The notes under the pieces were generated by a model. It was not told the DNA's origin. It saw only the letters and a list, made by a program, of their open reading frames with translations, and did no database searches. From contig OZ024761.1 of NCBI GenBank assembly GCA_964016885.1, positions 12,896,001 through 12,960,000 on the forward strand: a stretch of 64,000 bases of DNA, in the 5' to 3' direction. This document shows positions 1 to 12,913 of the stretch, piece after piece (the first letter of the stretch is position 1; each line of letters opens with the position of its first letter). A program made the position numbers and the translations under genes. This DNA is from Eledone cirrhosa. Lineage: Eukaryota.

Positions 1-270
1 GGCTGAGCTCTTCAGTGCAAGCCAAACAATTACATTGGTTACAGTGCTGAGCTCTTCAGTGCAAGCCAAACATTACATTGGTTACAGTGCTGAGCTCTTC
101 AGTGCAAACCAAACATTACATTGGTTACAGTGCTGAGCTCTTCAGTGCAAGCCAAACATTACATTGGTTACAGTGCTGAGCTCTTCAGTGCAAGCCAAAC
201 ATTACATTGGTTACAGTGCTGAGCTCTTCAGTGCAAGTCAAGCATTACATTGGTTATAGGGCTGAGCTCT
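1..270. repeat. 43-bp minisatellite, about 6 copies
   Basis: Unit gctgagctcttcagtgcaagccaaacattacattggttacagt. Confidence 0.95.
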
Positions 271-582
271 CACTTTCTCACCCAACCCAATTTGGTGGAA
301 CCAGTTATAGTGATTTCTTTTGAACTCAGAACGTAAAGGGACGTACTAATAATAGTAATATTAATAATAATAATGATAATCTCTTTATTAGTCACATAGG
401 GCTCACATTAAGGAGATATTAAACACAGTACAGGATGCTACAGTGTGGGGTGTTTTTTTTGTGTAAAATAAAATTTATGAAAGAGACTAAGGAAATAAAC
501 ATAACAGTAACAATAACAATAAATACGATAACATTAATTACTATAACACTAATAATATTCCACCTACTGTTTGTTACTTCAG

Positions 583-643
583 TGGCTTTGTTGGAGGTGT
601 GCGAGATCTTGGCCAATATTTCAAGGATGATGATTTGGCCTCT
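583..643 (+). CDS. ACAP2: ACAP (centaurin-beta) Arf-GAP, BAR-domain exon: GFVGGVRDLGQYFKDDDLAS
   Basis: ttcag acceptor at 581-582, gtaagt donor at 644. The peptide resembles ACAP2 'QFMNGIRDLAQYSSNDAVVE'; ends in phase 0, matching the next exon. Confidence 0.88.
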
Positions 644-859
644 GTAAGTATCATATTTATGTCATTTAAAAAAAAAAAAAATTATTGTTTATTAAAGAAA
701 ATATTGGGAGAAGTCATTAAAATGGGAATAGAAAATTTAACGATGGAAATAGAGGAAAACACAGAACGACAGAAGAAAACAATATTTTGAGTCACATGTT
801 ACATGATATTTCAAAGTTTTAACCCTCTTTTCAAGTGGCCGAAAGAATAAGATTGTGAA

Positions 860-1270
860 TACATGTAGCTGAAATGGGGTTCCTCCAAAGGGTCTTTGGA
901 GTAACGTTACTCAATAGAGTGTGAAGCTCGGAGATCAGAGAATCACTCCAGGTAGAGCTTCTACTTCTCCAATTTGAGAGATCACAACTCTGATACTATA
1001 GGCATGTGGTTAGAATGTCTCAGGAAAGAATCTTTGAATTGAGAGTTCACATCTCTGATACTATGGGCATGTGGTTAGAATGTCTCAAGAAAGAATTGCT
1101 GGACAGATTTGTAGCTTGGAGATCAGAGAATTGCTGCAGGTAGAGCTGCTATTTCTCTGAATTGAGAGATCACAGCTCTGATACTATGGACATGTGGTTA
1201 GAATGTCTCAGGAAAAAATCACTGGACAGATTTTATGGGCAAAATGAACCGACAGGAGACCCAAGGAAAT
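860..1270 (+). mobile_element. Degenerate RTE-type LINE 3' ORF fragment, internally duplicated
   Basis: Translates with stops and frameshifts to '..EIRESLQVELLLLQFERSQL*YYRHVVRMSQER', similar to the RTE C-terminal 'LRWYGHVxRM' region. Confidence 0.55.
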
Positions 1271-1319
1271 ATATTGATTTGTATTGTCATTTTTATTTTA
1301 CTCTTATCCATAGTTATAA

Positions 1320-1740
1320 TATTTCATTTACATAACAAACAGTACTACAGATAAACTATATTACTTTAATATTTCATTACTGTCTTTATTATATAACAAA
1401 CAATATTACATATAAACTATATTATTTTAATATTTCATTAGTCTTTATTACATAACGAACAATACTACATATAAACTATATAAGTTTAATATTTCATTAG
1501 TCTTTATTACATAACAAACAGTACTACATATAAACTATATAAGTTTAATATTTCATTACTGTCTTTATTACATAACGAACAATACTACATATAAACTATA
1601 TAAGTTTAATATTTCATTACTGTCTTTATTACATAACGAACAATACTACATATAAACTATATTACTTTAATATTTCATTACTGTTTTATTACATAACAAA
1701 CAATACTACATATAAACTATATTACTTTAATATTTCATTT
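1320..1740. repeat. About 60-bp AT-rich minisatellite, about 7 copies
   Basis: Unit ~ttattacataacgaacaatactacatataaactatataagtttaatatttcattactgtct. Confidence 0.9.
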
Positions 1741-2015
1741 ATCGTTATCTTCTGATATTTATCTCAGATTTATTTTTCTGATTTTCATTTTTTTCCTCCA
1801 TTTTTGTTGTTGTTGGTTCACATTTGATGATGCCCCCTCCCCCAGTCTTCTCTGCCCTCCCCCTCTTTTGTCCCTTCCTCTGCCAGGCACCTAGAAATGG
1901 TCATGTGGTGGTGGTGGTGGTGATCAGGGTGATGATGATGATGGTGGTGGTGATGCTAATAACAACAATAATAATAATAATAATAAGGACACTGTGTGGT
2001 TTCTAAGGTGGCAAG

Positions 2016-2447
2016 ATGTTGTGTAGAGGGCGCTGTTGGCACCGGCTCCAGTCAGGCGAGGTGTTGTGTAGAGGGCGCTGTAGGCACCGGCTCCAGTGAG
2101 GCGAGGGGTTGTGTAGAGGGCGCTGTTGGCTCCAGTCAGGTGAGGTGTTGTGTAGAGGGCGCTGTTGGCACCGGCTCCAGTCAGGCGAGGTGTTGTGTAG
2201 AGGGCGCTGTTGGCACCGGCTCCAGTCAGGCGAGGTGTTGTGTAGAGGGCGCTGTTGGCACCGGCTCCAGTCAGGCGAGGTGTTATGTAGAGGGCGCTGT
2301 TGGCTCCAGTCAGGCGAGGTGTTGTGTAGAGGGCGCTGTTGGCACCGGCTCCAGTCAGGCGAGTTGTTGTGTAGAGGGCGCTGTTGGCACCGGCTCCAGT
2401 CAGGCGAGTTGTTGTGTAGAGGGCGCTGTTGGCACCGGCTCCAGTCA
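2016..2447. repeat. GC-rich 45/39-bp minisatellite, about 10 copies
   Basis: Unit ggcgaggtgttgtgtagagggcgctgttggcaccggctccagtca; variants lack 6 bp. Confidence 0.95.
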
Positions 2448-2539
2448 AAATAACATCGTCAGACATGGGGAGATTAATTAGGAAAGGAAAAAAAACTTGG
2501 CTCATTTCCCTGCTTTAGCTGAACATTGTTTATTGGGTC

Positions 2540-3325
2540 AGTTGTTGTGGTTGTTGTTGTTATGGTGGTGGTGTGGTGGTAATGGTGGTGCTAATGGTGG
2601 TGTGGTGGTAATGGTGGTGTAGTGGTGTGGTGGTAATGGTGGTGTTGTGGTGTGGTGGTGGTATTGGTGGTGGTGTGGTGGTAATGGTGGTGTGGTGGTG
2701 GTAATGGTGGTGGTGTGGTGTGGTGGTGGTCGTGGTGGTAATTGTGGTGTAGTGGTGTGGTGGTAATGGTGGTGGTAATGGTAGTGGTAATGGTGGTGGT
2801 GTGGTGGTGGTGGTGCTGTAGTGGTGGGGTGGTGTGGTGTGGTGGTGTTGGTGGTCGTGGTGTGGTGGTGGTGGTAGTGGTCATCGTCGTCTTGTTGTGG
2901 TGGTGGTGGTGGTGGTGTTGGTAGTGGTGTGGTAGTGGTGGTGGTGATTGTAGTGTTAGTGGTAGTAGTGATAGTGATGGTGATGGTGGTGTAGTAGTGG
3001 TGGGGATAGTAGTGGTGGTGGTGTAGTGTTAGTGGTAGCGTTGGTGGTGTAGTGATGGTACGGTGATGGCGGCGGTGATGGTCTAGCAATAGTATTGGCA
3101 GTAGTGGTGGTGGTAGATGTAGAGGTAGCAGTAGTAGTTGTTGATTTTTCATCAGACAAAATATATGCAAAAACAACATGCACCTACTGATTATTTACAC
3201 CCAGCACACCACTACCACCACTACTACTACCAATACTACTACTACTACTACTACCACCATCACCACCACCACCACCATCACTACTACACCACCACCACAC
3301 CACTACATCACTGCCGCCACCACTA
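2540..3325. repeat. (GGT)n/(CAC)n low-complexity microsatellite
   Basis: Direct inspection. Confidence 0.9.
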
Positions 3326-3518
3326 GTGGGTGATGAGTGTTCTGTAAAGAATCTCAGTTTTATAAAACATCTAGAAACTATTTATATCCAGTAATGTAGA
3401 ATTTCATTTCTTCCTTCATTCCTTGTTAATTTATTACCACCCCACCAACCTTTGTCTTCCACCCCACAAACGTATGTCTAACACAGGCTTCCACCCCACT
3501 AACATTAGCTTCTAGCTC

Positions 3519-4520
3519 ATTACCATAGTTCTAATGAAAGACACTACCTATGTCATTAACCCTTTCATTACCATATTTCTAATGAAAGACACTACCTATG
3601 TCATTAACCCTTTCATTACCATATTTTTATTGAAAGACACTACCTATGTCATTAACCCTTTCATTACTATATTTCTAACTAGCAAGTGGTACCTGGCGTT
3701 GTACGGGATAAGGTATTGTGAAATATATAACTGCCTTAGCTAAGCTTAGTATTGCCACAACCACGGCTGGCAAAGAAGTAAGGGTCTGGTGGTACGTAAG
3801 TAAGCAACACTGTGGCTTAAAACGTGAGGAAGAAGTTGTGTGCACTTACCAACTGTTTGGGGAATGAGTGTGAGATTTGTCTTGAGCAAGGGTGGCAGAA
3901 TAACCGGAGGCAGGAGACAGCCAGACATAGAAACAGATATTATAAGGGCGCGTTCTGGACGCAGAGCGAATTGTAGAAAGTGACGTAATGCAGACAGCTA
4001 GGCATACAGACAGATATTATAAGGGCTCAACGTTATATGTATGTATCTATCTAAAAAGAGAAAGACTAAGAATTATAGAGAGAGATCGCTAAATCGCCTA
4101 ATGCGGTCCCTAGGGCATTGAAAATTTGAATTTTTTTTGCTCAGAACACTCCCTGAAACATAAGTATTACATGTGTAAAGTTTGAAAACAGTCGGTTGGG
4201 TGCTTCTCTAGTTTTAGGGATTCAAACTCACACACACACAGACAGACATCCTCAGTTTTATATATATAGATGAAAGACACTGTCTATGTCATTAACCCTT
4301 TCATTACCATATTTCTAATGAAAGACACTGTCTATGTCCTTAACCCTTTCGTAACCATATTTCTAACGAAAGACAGTGTCTATGTCATTAACCCTTTCAT
4401 TACCATATTTCTAATGAAAGACACTGTCTATGTCATTAACCCTTTCATTACCATATTTCTAATGAAAGACACTGTCTATGTCATTAACCCTTTCATTACC
4501 ATATTTCTAATGAAAGAGTC
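3519..4520 (+). repeat. 48-bp satellite (ttaaccctttcattaccatatttctaatgaaagacactgtctatgtca), interrupted by a Helitron
   Basis: Units at 3519-3678 and 4271-4520; same unit as the 50290 and 54662 arrays. Confidence 0.9.
3679..4270 (-). mobile_element. Non-autonomous Helitron
   Basis: On the minus strand it starts TC and ends with an imperfect GC hairpin followed by CTAG. Inserted exactly between A and T of a 48-bp satellite unit (atttctaa|tgaaagac) with no TSD. Confidence 0.8.
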
Positions 4521-4645
4521 TACCCAGGACTTTCAAATAATTTCGATAAATGATCAACTATTTAGAGGTGTTTGGAACATAACTTAACAATGGTTCTTTC
4601 ATAAAATGATGATGGAAGGTTTTTAGATAAACAAAAAACATTTAA

Positions 4646-5191
4646 CCCTTTAGCATTTAAACCAACCATATCTGGCCAGAATTCTCTCACCTCTTTCTAT
4701 TCAAACCGGCTGTAACTAGCTGCTCATACTGATGTTATTGTTCTCAAAATAAATAATATCAAAATCTCAGATTCGATATCATGTGAAGTAATTGTGAGGT
4801 AAAGCCATGAAAATACAATAGTATATATAGAGTAATGTAAATGGTGTGTGAGATATTATGTGAAATGATTATGTGAGGTAAAGCCTTTACCATGAAAATA
4901 CAATAGTATATATAGAGTAATGTAAATGGTGTGTGAGATATTATGTGAAATGATTATGTGAGGTAAAGCCTTTACCATGAAAATACAATAGTATATATAG
5001 AGTAATGTAAATGGTGTGTGAGATATTATGTGAAATGATTATGTGAGGTAAAGCCTTTACCATGAAAATACAATAGTATATATAGAGTAATGTAAATGTT
5101 GTGTGAGATATTATGTGAAATGATTATGTGAGGTAAAGCCTTTACCATGAAAATACAATAGTAAATATAGAGCAATATAAATGCTAAAGGG
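4646..5191. mobile_element. piggyBac-like MITE with internal 85-bp tandem repeats
   Basis: TTAA on both sides; TIR CCCTTTAGCATTTA / TAAATGCTAAAGGG. Confidence 0.8.
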
Positions 5192-5446
5192 TTAAAACAG
5201 TTTTATACTGGATCCTTGGGAGCAGTTTTCTGTTAGTTGGGTTTGAAAAAGGTGAAATACTATTGGTATAATATTTTATCTTTGGTCCTGGCGCCAATGT
5301 CTGTACAACTGGTAAAGCAATGGCATTCTCTTCTGTCATCTTTTTGGCTCTTATCTTTAATAATCTTTTAAAAAACTCCTCAAATCTAACCACAAATCTT
5401 CTATCATTGCTTTCATAAATATTGTGATACCTTTGGTTGGATCAGG

Positions 5447-6658
5447 ATGGTAGGGTGTGTGGTGGTGGTAGTGTGGTCGTGGTAGTGTGGTCGTGGTAGT
5501 GTGGTGATGGTAGTGTGGTGGTGATAGTGTGGTGATGGTAGTGTGGTGGTGGTGGTGGTAGTGTGGTGGTGATAGTGTGGTGATGGTAGTGTGGTGGTGG
5601 TAGTGTGGTAGTGTAGTGGTGATAGTGTGGCGATGGTAGTGTGGTGGTGGTGGTGGTGGTAGTGTGGTGGTGGTAGTGTGGTGGTGGTAGTGTGGTGGTG
5701 GTGGTGGTAGTGTAGTCGTGATAGTGTGGTGATGGTAGTGTGGTGATGGTAGTGTGGTGATGGTAGTGTGGTGGTGATAGTGTGGTGGTGGTGGTGGTAG
5801 TGTGGTGGTGGTAGTGTGGTGGTGATAGTGTGGTGATGGTAGTGTGGTGGTGATAGTGTGGTGATGGTAGTGTGGTGGTAATAGTGTGGTGGTGGTAGTG
5901 TGGTGGTGGTAGTGTGGTGGTGGTAGTGTGGTGGTAGTGTGGTGGTGGTGGTAGTGTGGTGGTGGTGGTGGTGGTAGTGTGGTGGTGATAGTGTGGTGGT
6001 GATAGTGTGGTGGTGGTAGTGTGGTGGTGGTAGTGTGGTGATGGTAGTGTGGTGATGGTAGTGTGGTGGTGGTGGTGGTAGGTGGTAGTGTGGTGGTGGT
6101 AGTGTGGTGGTGGTAGTGTGGTGTTGGTGGTGGTAGTGTGGTGATGGTAGTGTGGTGGTGATAGTGTGGTGGTGATAGTGTGGTGGTGGTAGTGTGGTGG
6201 TGGTAGTGTGGTGGTGATAGTGTGATGGTGGTAGTGTGGTGGTGATAGTGTGGTGGTGATAGTGTGATGATGGTAGTGTGGTAGTGGTAGCGTGGTGTCG
6301 GTGGTGGTAGCGTGGTGTCGGTGGTGGTAGTGTGGTGTCGGTGGTGGTAGTGTGGGTGGTGGTGGTGGTAGTGTGGGTGGTGGTGGTGGTAGTGTGGTGG
6401 TGATAGTGTGATGATGGTAGTGTGGTGGTGGTAGCGTGGTGGTAGTGTGGTGGTGGTGGTGGTAGTGTGGTGGTGATAGTGTGATGATGGTAGTGTGGTA
6501 GTGGTAGCGTGGTGTCGGTGGTGGTAGTGTGGTGTCGGTGGTGGTAGTGTGGGTGGTGGTGATGGTAGTGTGGTGGTGGTAGTGTGGTGGTGATAGTGTG
6601 ATGATGGTAGTGTGGTGGTGGTAGCGTGGTGTCGGTGGTGGTAGTGTGGGTGGTGGTG
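5447..6658. repeat. (GGT/GTA/GTG)n compound microsatellite
   Basis: Source of the spurious His/Thr/Pro ORF 5357..6664. Confidence 0.95.
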
Positions 6659-6704
6659 TTTCATATCTTAAGATATTTTTTCCATATATTTCATGCTATG
6701 TTAA

Positions 6705-7612
6705 CCCTTTACCATTTAAACCGGCCGTATCCAGCCAGAATTCTCTCACCTCTTCTGTTCAAACAGGCAGTAAATGGTCACTCATACTGATGTTGAACTA
6801 TTGTTCTCAAAATAAATAATATCAAAATCTCAAAGATTCGATATCATGTGAGATATTATGTGAGGTAAAGCCTTTACTGTGACAATACAATAGTATATAT
6901 AGAGTAATGTAAATGTTATGTGAGATATTATGTGAGGTAAAGCCTTTACTGTGACAATACAATAGTATATATAGAGTAATGTAAATGTTATGTGAGATAT
7001 TATGTGAGGTAAAGCCTTTACCATGAAAATACAATAGTATATATAGAGTAATGTAAATGTTATGTGAGGTAAAGCCTTTACTGTGACAATACAATAGTAT
7101 ATATAGAGTAATGTAAATGTTATGTGAGATATTATGTGAGGTAAAGCCTTTACCATGAAAATACAATAGTATATATAGAGTAATGTAAATGTTAGGTGAG
7201 ATATTATGTGAGGTAAAGCCTTTACCATGAAAATACAATAGTTTATATAGAGTAATGTAAATGTTAGGTGAGATATTATGTGAGGTAAAGCATTTACTGT
7301 GAAAATATGATTGTTTCTACTTTAGGCACAAGGCCAGCAATTACCCAGTGCATTACTGGTACTTTATTTTATCGACCCCGTAAGGATGAAAGGCAAAGTC
7401 AACCTCGGCGGGATTTGAACTTAGATCGTAAAGGGACGTAACTATGCTGGAAAGCATGGCATCCGACCCTCTACCGATACTGCCAATTCACCACTGTGAA
7501 AATATAATAGTATATATAGAGTAATGTAAATGTTATGTGAGATATTATGTGAGGTAAAGCCTTTACCGTGAAAATACAATAGTAAATATAGAGTAATGTA
7601 AATGGTAAAGGG
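6705..7612. mobile_element. piggyBac-like MITE with 72-bp internal repeats and a nested SINE
   Basis: TTAA flanks; TIR CCCTTTACCATTTA / TAAATGGTAAAGGG. Confidence 0.8.
7309..7492 (-). mobile_element. SINE (gtcgataaaataaagtaccag family) with 13-bp TSD
   Basis: actgtgaaaatat duplicated at 7296-7308 and 7493-7505. Homologous to copies at 30749 and 45925. Confidence 0.8.
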
Positions 7613-7799
7613 TTAAGTCAACTATGAAGAGTAGAATTATCTGATGTTTTTGACAGGGCTCTCCATCAGATATTCCACGATGAAAGTCCCTGTTTCATAT
7701 CTTAAGATATTTGCCCATACATTTCATGGTACATTAACAACCTCCACTTTAATCTTTAAATAAGATAAACATATTTTTATTGACTGTCTGCTAGTTTGT

Positions 7800-8050
7800 G
7801 GAGGTGCATGGCCTAGTGGTAAGGGTGTTAGACTTACAATCATGATGTTGTGGGTTCGATTCCTTGACTGGGTTGTGTGTTGTGTTCTTGAGCAAAACAC
7901 TTCATTTCACGTTGCTCTGAGAACCAGCAATAGCTGGGGGTTTAACCCTGCGATAGACTAGCGTCCTGTCCAGGGGAAATCTTGTACTCTGTCGCTTCAC
8001 GCCATGAAACTGGCCTAATGAGTCTTCTGACTTAAGACAGACTTTAGATT
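7800..8050 (+). mobile_element. tRNA-derived SINE
   Basis: A box tggcctagtgg, B box ggttcgattcc, body cttgagcaaaacacttcatttcac shared with the 11435/15831 copies. Confidence 0.75.
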
Positions 8051-8142
8051 AGATCTTTAGTGTGCTAGTTGGCTTGTCTATGTTACTTTTAGCTTACTTA
8101 ACCTTCTGGGAACTTAAAATATTTGGTACATTCTAAATGCTA

Positions 8143-8710
8143 CACTCTTGGGTCCCAAATAATAGTGGGAGGGGTGTTGGAATAAGCAGGGGGTGGGGTG
8201 GAAAATCGGTAATTTTTCTAGGTTGTCTCTGTTTTTTTAAAACCAGAATTAGTAGTTTAGTTTACATATTGAATATTGAGACCACAACCAATCCTATTTA
8301 TTTGATAACATATGGCATTTCCAGTAATCTACATGTATAATGTTTCTTAATGTATAAAGAAAATAAAAATAGAATTTCGCTGGAGATTGATTAGCAAAAT
8401 TTAACCCTTTAGCATTTAAACCAGCCATATCCAGCCAGAATTCTCTCAACTCTTTCTGTTTAAACCAGCCAGTCATACTTATGTTAAGGTATTGTTCTCA
8501 AAATAAATATCAAAATCTCTTAGATTCGATATTATGTGAGATAAAGCCTTTACCATGAAAATACAATGGTAAATATATATGTAGAGTAATGTAAATGCTA
8601 AAGGGTTAATAAAGAGTGAGGGGGGGGGGCGGTGGAAAAAACCTGAAAAATTAATAAGCAGAGGAGTGGTGGAGTGGGGGGGGGGCACGATTATTGAAGA
8701 CCTGAGAGTG
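8143..8710. mobile_element. Tc1/mariner-superfamily MITE (TA TSD) hosting a piggyBac-like MITE
   Basis: TA|cactcttgggtcccaaataat ... attattgaagacctgagagtg|TA imperfect TIRs. Confidence 0.6.
8405..8605. mobile_element. Shortest piggyBac-like MITE copy (201 bp, no internal expansion)
   Basis: TTAA-CCCTTTAGCATTTA ... TAAATGCTAAAGGG-TTAA. Confidence 0.8.
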
Positions 8711-8794
8711 TATAAAACAGAGGTGTGACATATATATACACATGTATATACTGTATATGATGACACAGCAGCTAAATATGACAGCAGTGTGAGG

Positions 8795-9575
8795 GTTTGA
8801 GGAAGACTTGGCTGCTATTTCTAGGAAGGAGAATGGTTACATAGCAGTTCGAGAGATTTGAGGAAAACGTGGCTGCTATTTCTAGGAAGGGGAACGGTTA
8901 CATAGCAGTTCGAGAGATTTGAGGAAAACGTGGCTGCTATTTCTAGGAAGGGGAATGGTTACATAGCAGTTCGAGAGATTTGAGGAAAACGTGGCTGCTA
9001 TTTCTAGGAAGGGGAATGGTTACATAGCATTTCGAGAGATTTGAGGAAAACGTGGCTGCTATTTCTAGGAAGGGGAATGGTTACATAGCATTTCGAGAGA
9101 TTTGAGGAAGACTTGGCTGCTATTTCTAGGAAGGGGAATGGTTACATAGCATTTCGAGAGATTTGAGGAAAACGTGGCTGCTATTTCTAGGAAGGGGAAT
9201 GGTTACATAGCAGTTCGAGAGATTTGAGGAAAACGTGGCTGCTATTTCTAGGAAGGGGAACGGTTACATAGCATTTCGAGAGATTTGAGGAAAACGTGGC
9301 TGCTATTTCTAGGAAGGGGAATGGTTACATAGCAGTTCGAGAGATTTGAGGAAAACGTGGCTGCTATTTCTAGGAAGGGGAATGGTTACATAGCATTTCG
9401 AGAGATTTGAGGAAAACGTGGCTGCTATTTCTAGGAAGGGGAATGGTTACATAGCATTTCGAGAGATTTGAGGAAGACTTGGCTGCTATTTCTAGGAAGG
9501 GGAATGGTTACATAGCAGTTCGAGAGATTTGAGGAAAACGTGGCTGCTATTTCTAGGAAGGGGAATGGTTACATA
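8795..9575. repeat. 61-bp minisatellite, about 13 copies
   Basis: Unit ttgaggaaaacgtggctgctatttctaggaaggggaatggttacatagcagttcgagagat. Confidence 0.95.
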
Positions 9576-10182
9576 GGAGCTTGTTCATTTATTCAATTAT
9601 AAATAAAACACAATATGAAGCTATTTGTCAAATATGTCTTTCCTGTTTCTTGTCAATTGAAGTTGGTCTAACAGATCAGATGTGTGTGTCTGTGTGTCTG
9701 TCTCTGTCTGTGTGTGTATGTGTGTGTGTGTGTCTCTGGGTGTCTGTCTGTGTGTCTGTGTCTGTGTGTGTGTGTATGTGTGCGACATTGGCTGTTATAT
9801 GTACGTGTGTGTGTGAGATATTGGCTGTTGTGTGTGTGAGATATTGGCTGTTGTGTGTGTGAGATATTGGCTGTTGTGTGTGTGTATGTGTGTAACATTG
9901 GCTGTTATATGTATGTGTGTGTGTGAGATATTGGCTGTTGTGTGTGTGTGTGTGTGTGTGTGTAACATTGGCTGTTATATGTATGTGTGTGTGTGAGATA
10001 TTGGCTGTTGTGTGTGTGTGTGAGATATCGGCTGTTGTGTGTGTGATATTATTGGTTGTTATATGTGTGTGTTGTTGTATGTGTATATATTGTATTATTA
10101 TTGGCTGTTATATATATGTGTGGGTGTGTGTATGTGTTGTTATTGTACATACAATATTCTATATTAAACGGTGATGATATAT

Positions 10183-10219
<37 letters not shown>

Positions 10220-10220
10220 A

Positions 10221-10304
<84 letters not shown>

Positions 10305-10494
10305 ATCATCAATTCTCGGACCAGGTGATGTGTTGTGTCCTTGAGCAAGACACTTTATTTCACGTTGCTCCAGTTCACTCAGCTGTAGAAATATATTGTG
10401 ACGTCACTGGTGCCAAGCTGTATCAGCAATTGTCTTTCCCTTGGACAACATCATATATAGTGTCTATATAATGTATAGTAATGTATATATAATA

Positions 10495-11302
10495 CTAGCA
10501 GTGGTACCCGGCTTTGCACGGGATAAGGTATTTTGGAATGCGGGCCGCCAACAGACCTAATCATGGAAAAACTACATGCCTGGACAATATGTAAAGAAAA
10601 TAAACTGAATACTCTGATGGCTGGATAATCTTTAAGATTTTCCTCGATGAAACAGGAAAAATGTAGGTTTTCACCTAATGCGGGGCCCTAGGGGACCAAG
10701 AAAATGAATTTTTTTTATGTGCATAATATAACTTGAAATTTCGGGAAAATCGGCCAGACGTAACTAACGCCTCAAAAAAGCCCTAAAAAGCTGAAAAAAT
10801 GAAGTATTTCACCTAATGTGGGCCCTAGGCCATAAAAAAGTTGGATTTTCTTTGCTCACAGTATGAAGAAGAGACTGACTAATACATAATTACAATTTCA
10901 AGGAACTCGGTCTGACGTAACGCCTCAAAAAAACCCTAAAAAGATGAAATGTGGGCCCTAGGGGTTAAAAAAGTTGAATTTTTTTATGTGCGTAAAATGT
11001 AAAGTTTGAAAAAAATCGGTTGGGTACTTCTCGAGTTTTAGGGATTCAAACTCACCGACACACACAGACATCCTCAAGGAAGTGACATAGTGCAGACAGC
11101 CAGACATACAGACAGATATTATTATTATAATGGCGCGACGTTATATGTATGTATCTCTCTAAAAAGAGAAAGACTAAGAATTGTAGAGAGATATCACTAA
11201 ATCGCCTAATGCGGTTCCTAGGGCCATGAAAATTTGAAATTGTTTTGCTCCGAACACTCCCTGAAACATAAGTATTACATGTGTAAAGTTTGAAAACAGT
11301 CG
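10495..11302 (-). mobile_element. Helitron of the same family as 3679-4270, 5'-truncated
   Basis: ctagcagtggta-cccggctttgcacggg (CTAG + hairpin on minus strand); internal blocks near-identical to 3980-4250. Confidence 0.7.
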
Positions 11303-11434
11303 TATATATAATGTATGTATATGTTGTGACATCACTGGTACCAAGCTGTATCAGCCATTGTCTTTTCCTTGGATAACATCATATATAGTGTCTATATAAT
11401 GTATAATAATATATATATAGATATATATATATAT

Positions 11435-11774
11435 GGAGGCACATGGCTTAGTGGTTAGAGCATTGGCCTTGCAATCGAAAGGTTGTGAGTTCAATTCTCA
11501 GACCAGGTGATGTGTTGTTTCCTTGAGCAAGACACTTTATTTCACATTGCTCCAGTTTACTCAGCTGTAGAAATGAGATGATAGGGACTGGGGTCCCTAT
11601 CATTCCACTGCAAAGTGGTCGTGGAGGTGCCACGGCAAAAAAGCACCCAGCACTCACTGTAAATGAGGTTAGTGTTAGGAAGGGCATCCAGCTGTAGAGA
11701 TCAAGCCAGAATCAGTTCCCGTCCCACCCTTGCAGGCAGGGAAAAGTGGACGTAAAATGAAATGAAATGAAATG
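11435..11774 (+). mobile_element. tRNA-derived SINE with RTE-like 3' tail, full length
   Basis: A box tggcttagtgg, B box gagttcaattc, tail gttaggaagggcatccagctgtag...ggacgtaaaatgaaatg. Confidence 0.85.
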
Positions 11775-12300
11775 TATATGTTGTGACGTCACTGGGGTCA
11801 AGCTGTATCGGCCATTGTTTTTCCCTTGGATAACATTATATATAGTGTGTATATAATGTATAATAATATATATATATATATAGTGTATATATAATGTATG
11901 TATATGTTGTGACGTCACTGGGGGTCAAGCTGTATCGGCCATTGTTTTTCTCTTGGACAACATTGGTGGTGTGGAGGTGGTGGTGGTGATGATGGTGGTG
12001 GTGATGGTGATGGTGGTGGTGGTGGTGTTGATGGCAATGATGGTGGTGATGATGATGGTGGTGGTGATGGTGATGGTGGTGATAGTGGTGGTGGTGGTGG
12101 TGTTGATGGCAATGATGGTGGTGGTGGTGGTGATGATGATGATGGCGATGATGATGGTGAGGGTGGCAATGGTGACGATGGCAAGGATGATGATGATGAT
12201 GATGATGATGATTGTGATGATGACAGTGACGATGGAGACGGCGGTGGTGACGATGATTTTAGTGATCTTGATGCTCAGAAAAACAATTATCCTAACTTCA

Positions 12301-12331
<31 letters not shown>

Positions 12332-12416
12332 CCCACAGCCCACTATCCCAGTTCTTCTCTCTCCTCCTCTCCCCTCTCTCTCCCCCTTTATCCCTCTCCC
12401 CCTTCTCTCCCCCCGC

Positions 12417-12448
<32 letters not shown>

Positions 12449-12913
12449 TTTACTTCATACTTTATAATTAAGAAATAATTAATGTTAACAACATTTGATA
12501 TTGTGAAAGGTATTTAGTTGCTAAGCCCCAGCCCATCACAAATGATGTGTCGGCTAATGAAGGGTATCACTGATGTAGACAGTGAAACCTGCTAAATATA
12601 GCTACCCATTATCCCTCAAATGCCAGTATACCATTTGTAATATAAGAGATACATGAGTGGAGACCCCACGCCCCTCCTCTCTCCTCTCCTCTCTCCTCTC
12701 CTCCGTATCTGGGATAATAATGGTTTCCGATTCACGCTCAAGGCCAACAATTTTGGTGGAAAGAGAAAGTCGATTAAATCGACCCCAGTGTATTACTGGT
12801 ATTTTATTTTATCGACCCCGTAAGTATGAAAGGCATGTGTTGGATAAGTTAAATAAGCCATTTAAGTGCACCTTTTTACATTTAATTATTGATGCCTGGT
12901 TTTAGTTGCTTAA

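Noticed and set aside
11435-11510. tRNA-like sequence with A and B boxes
   Set aside because: It is the head of a multi-copy SINE and does not close a convincing cloverleaf.
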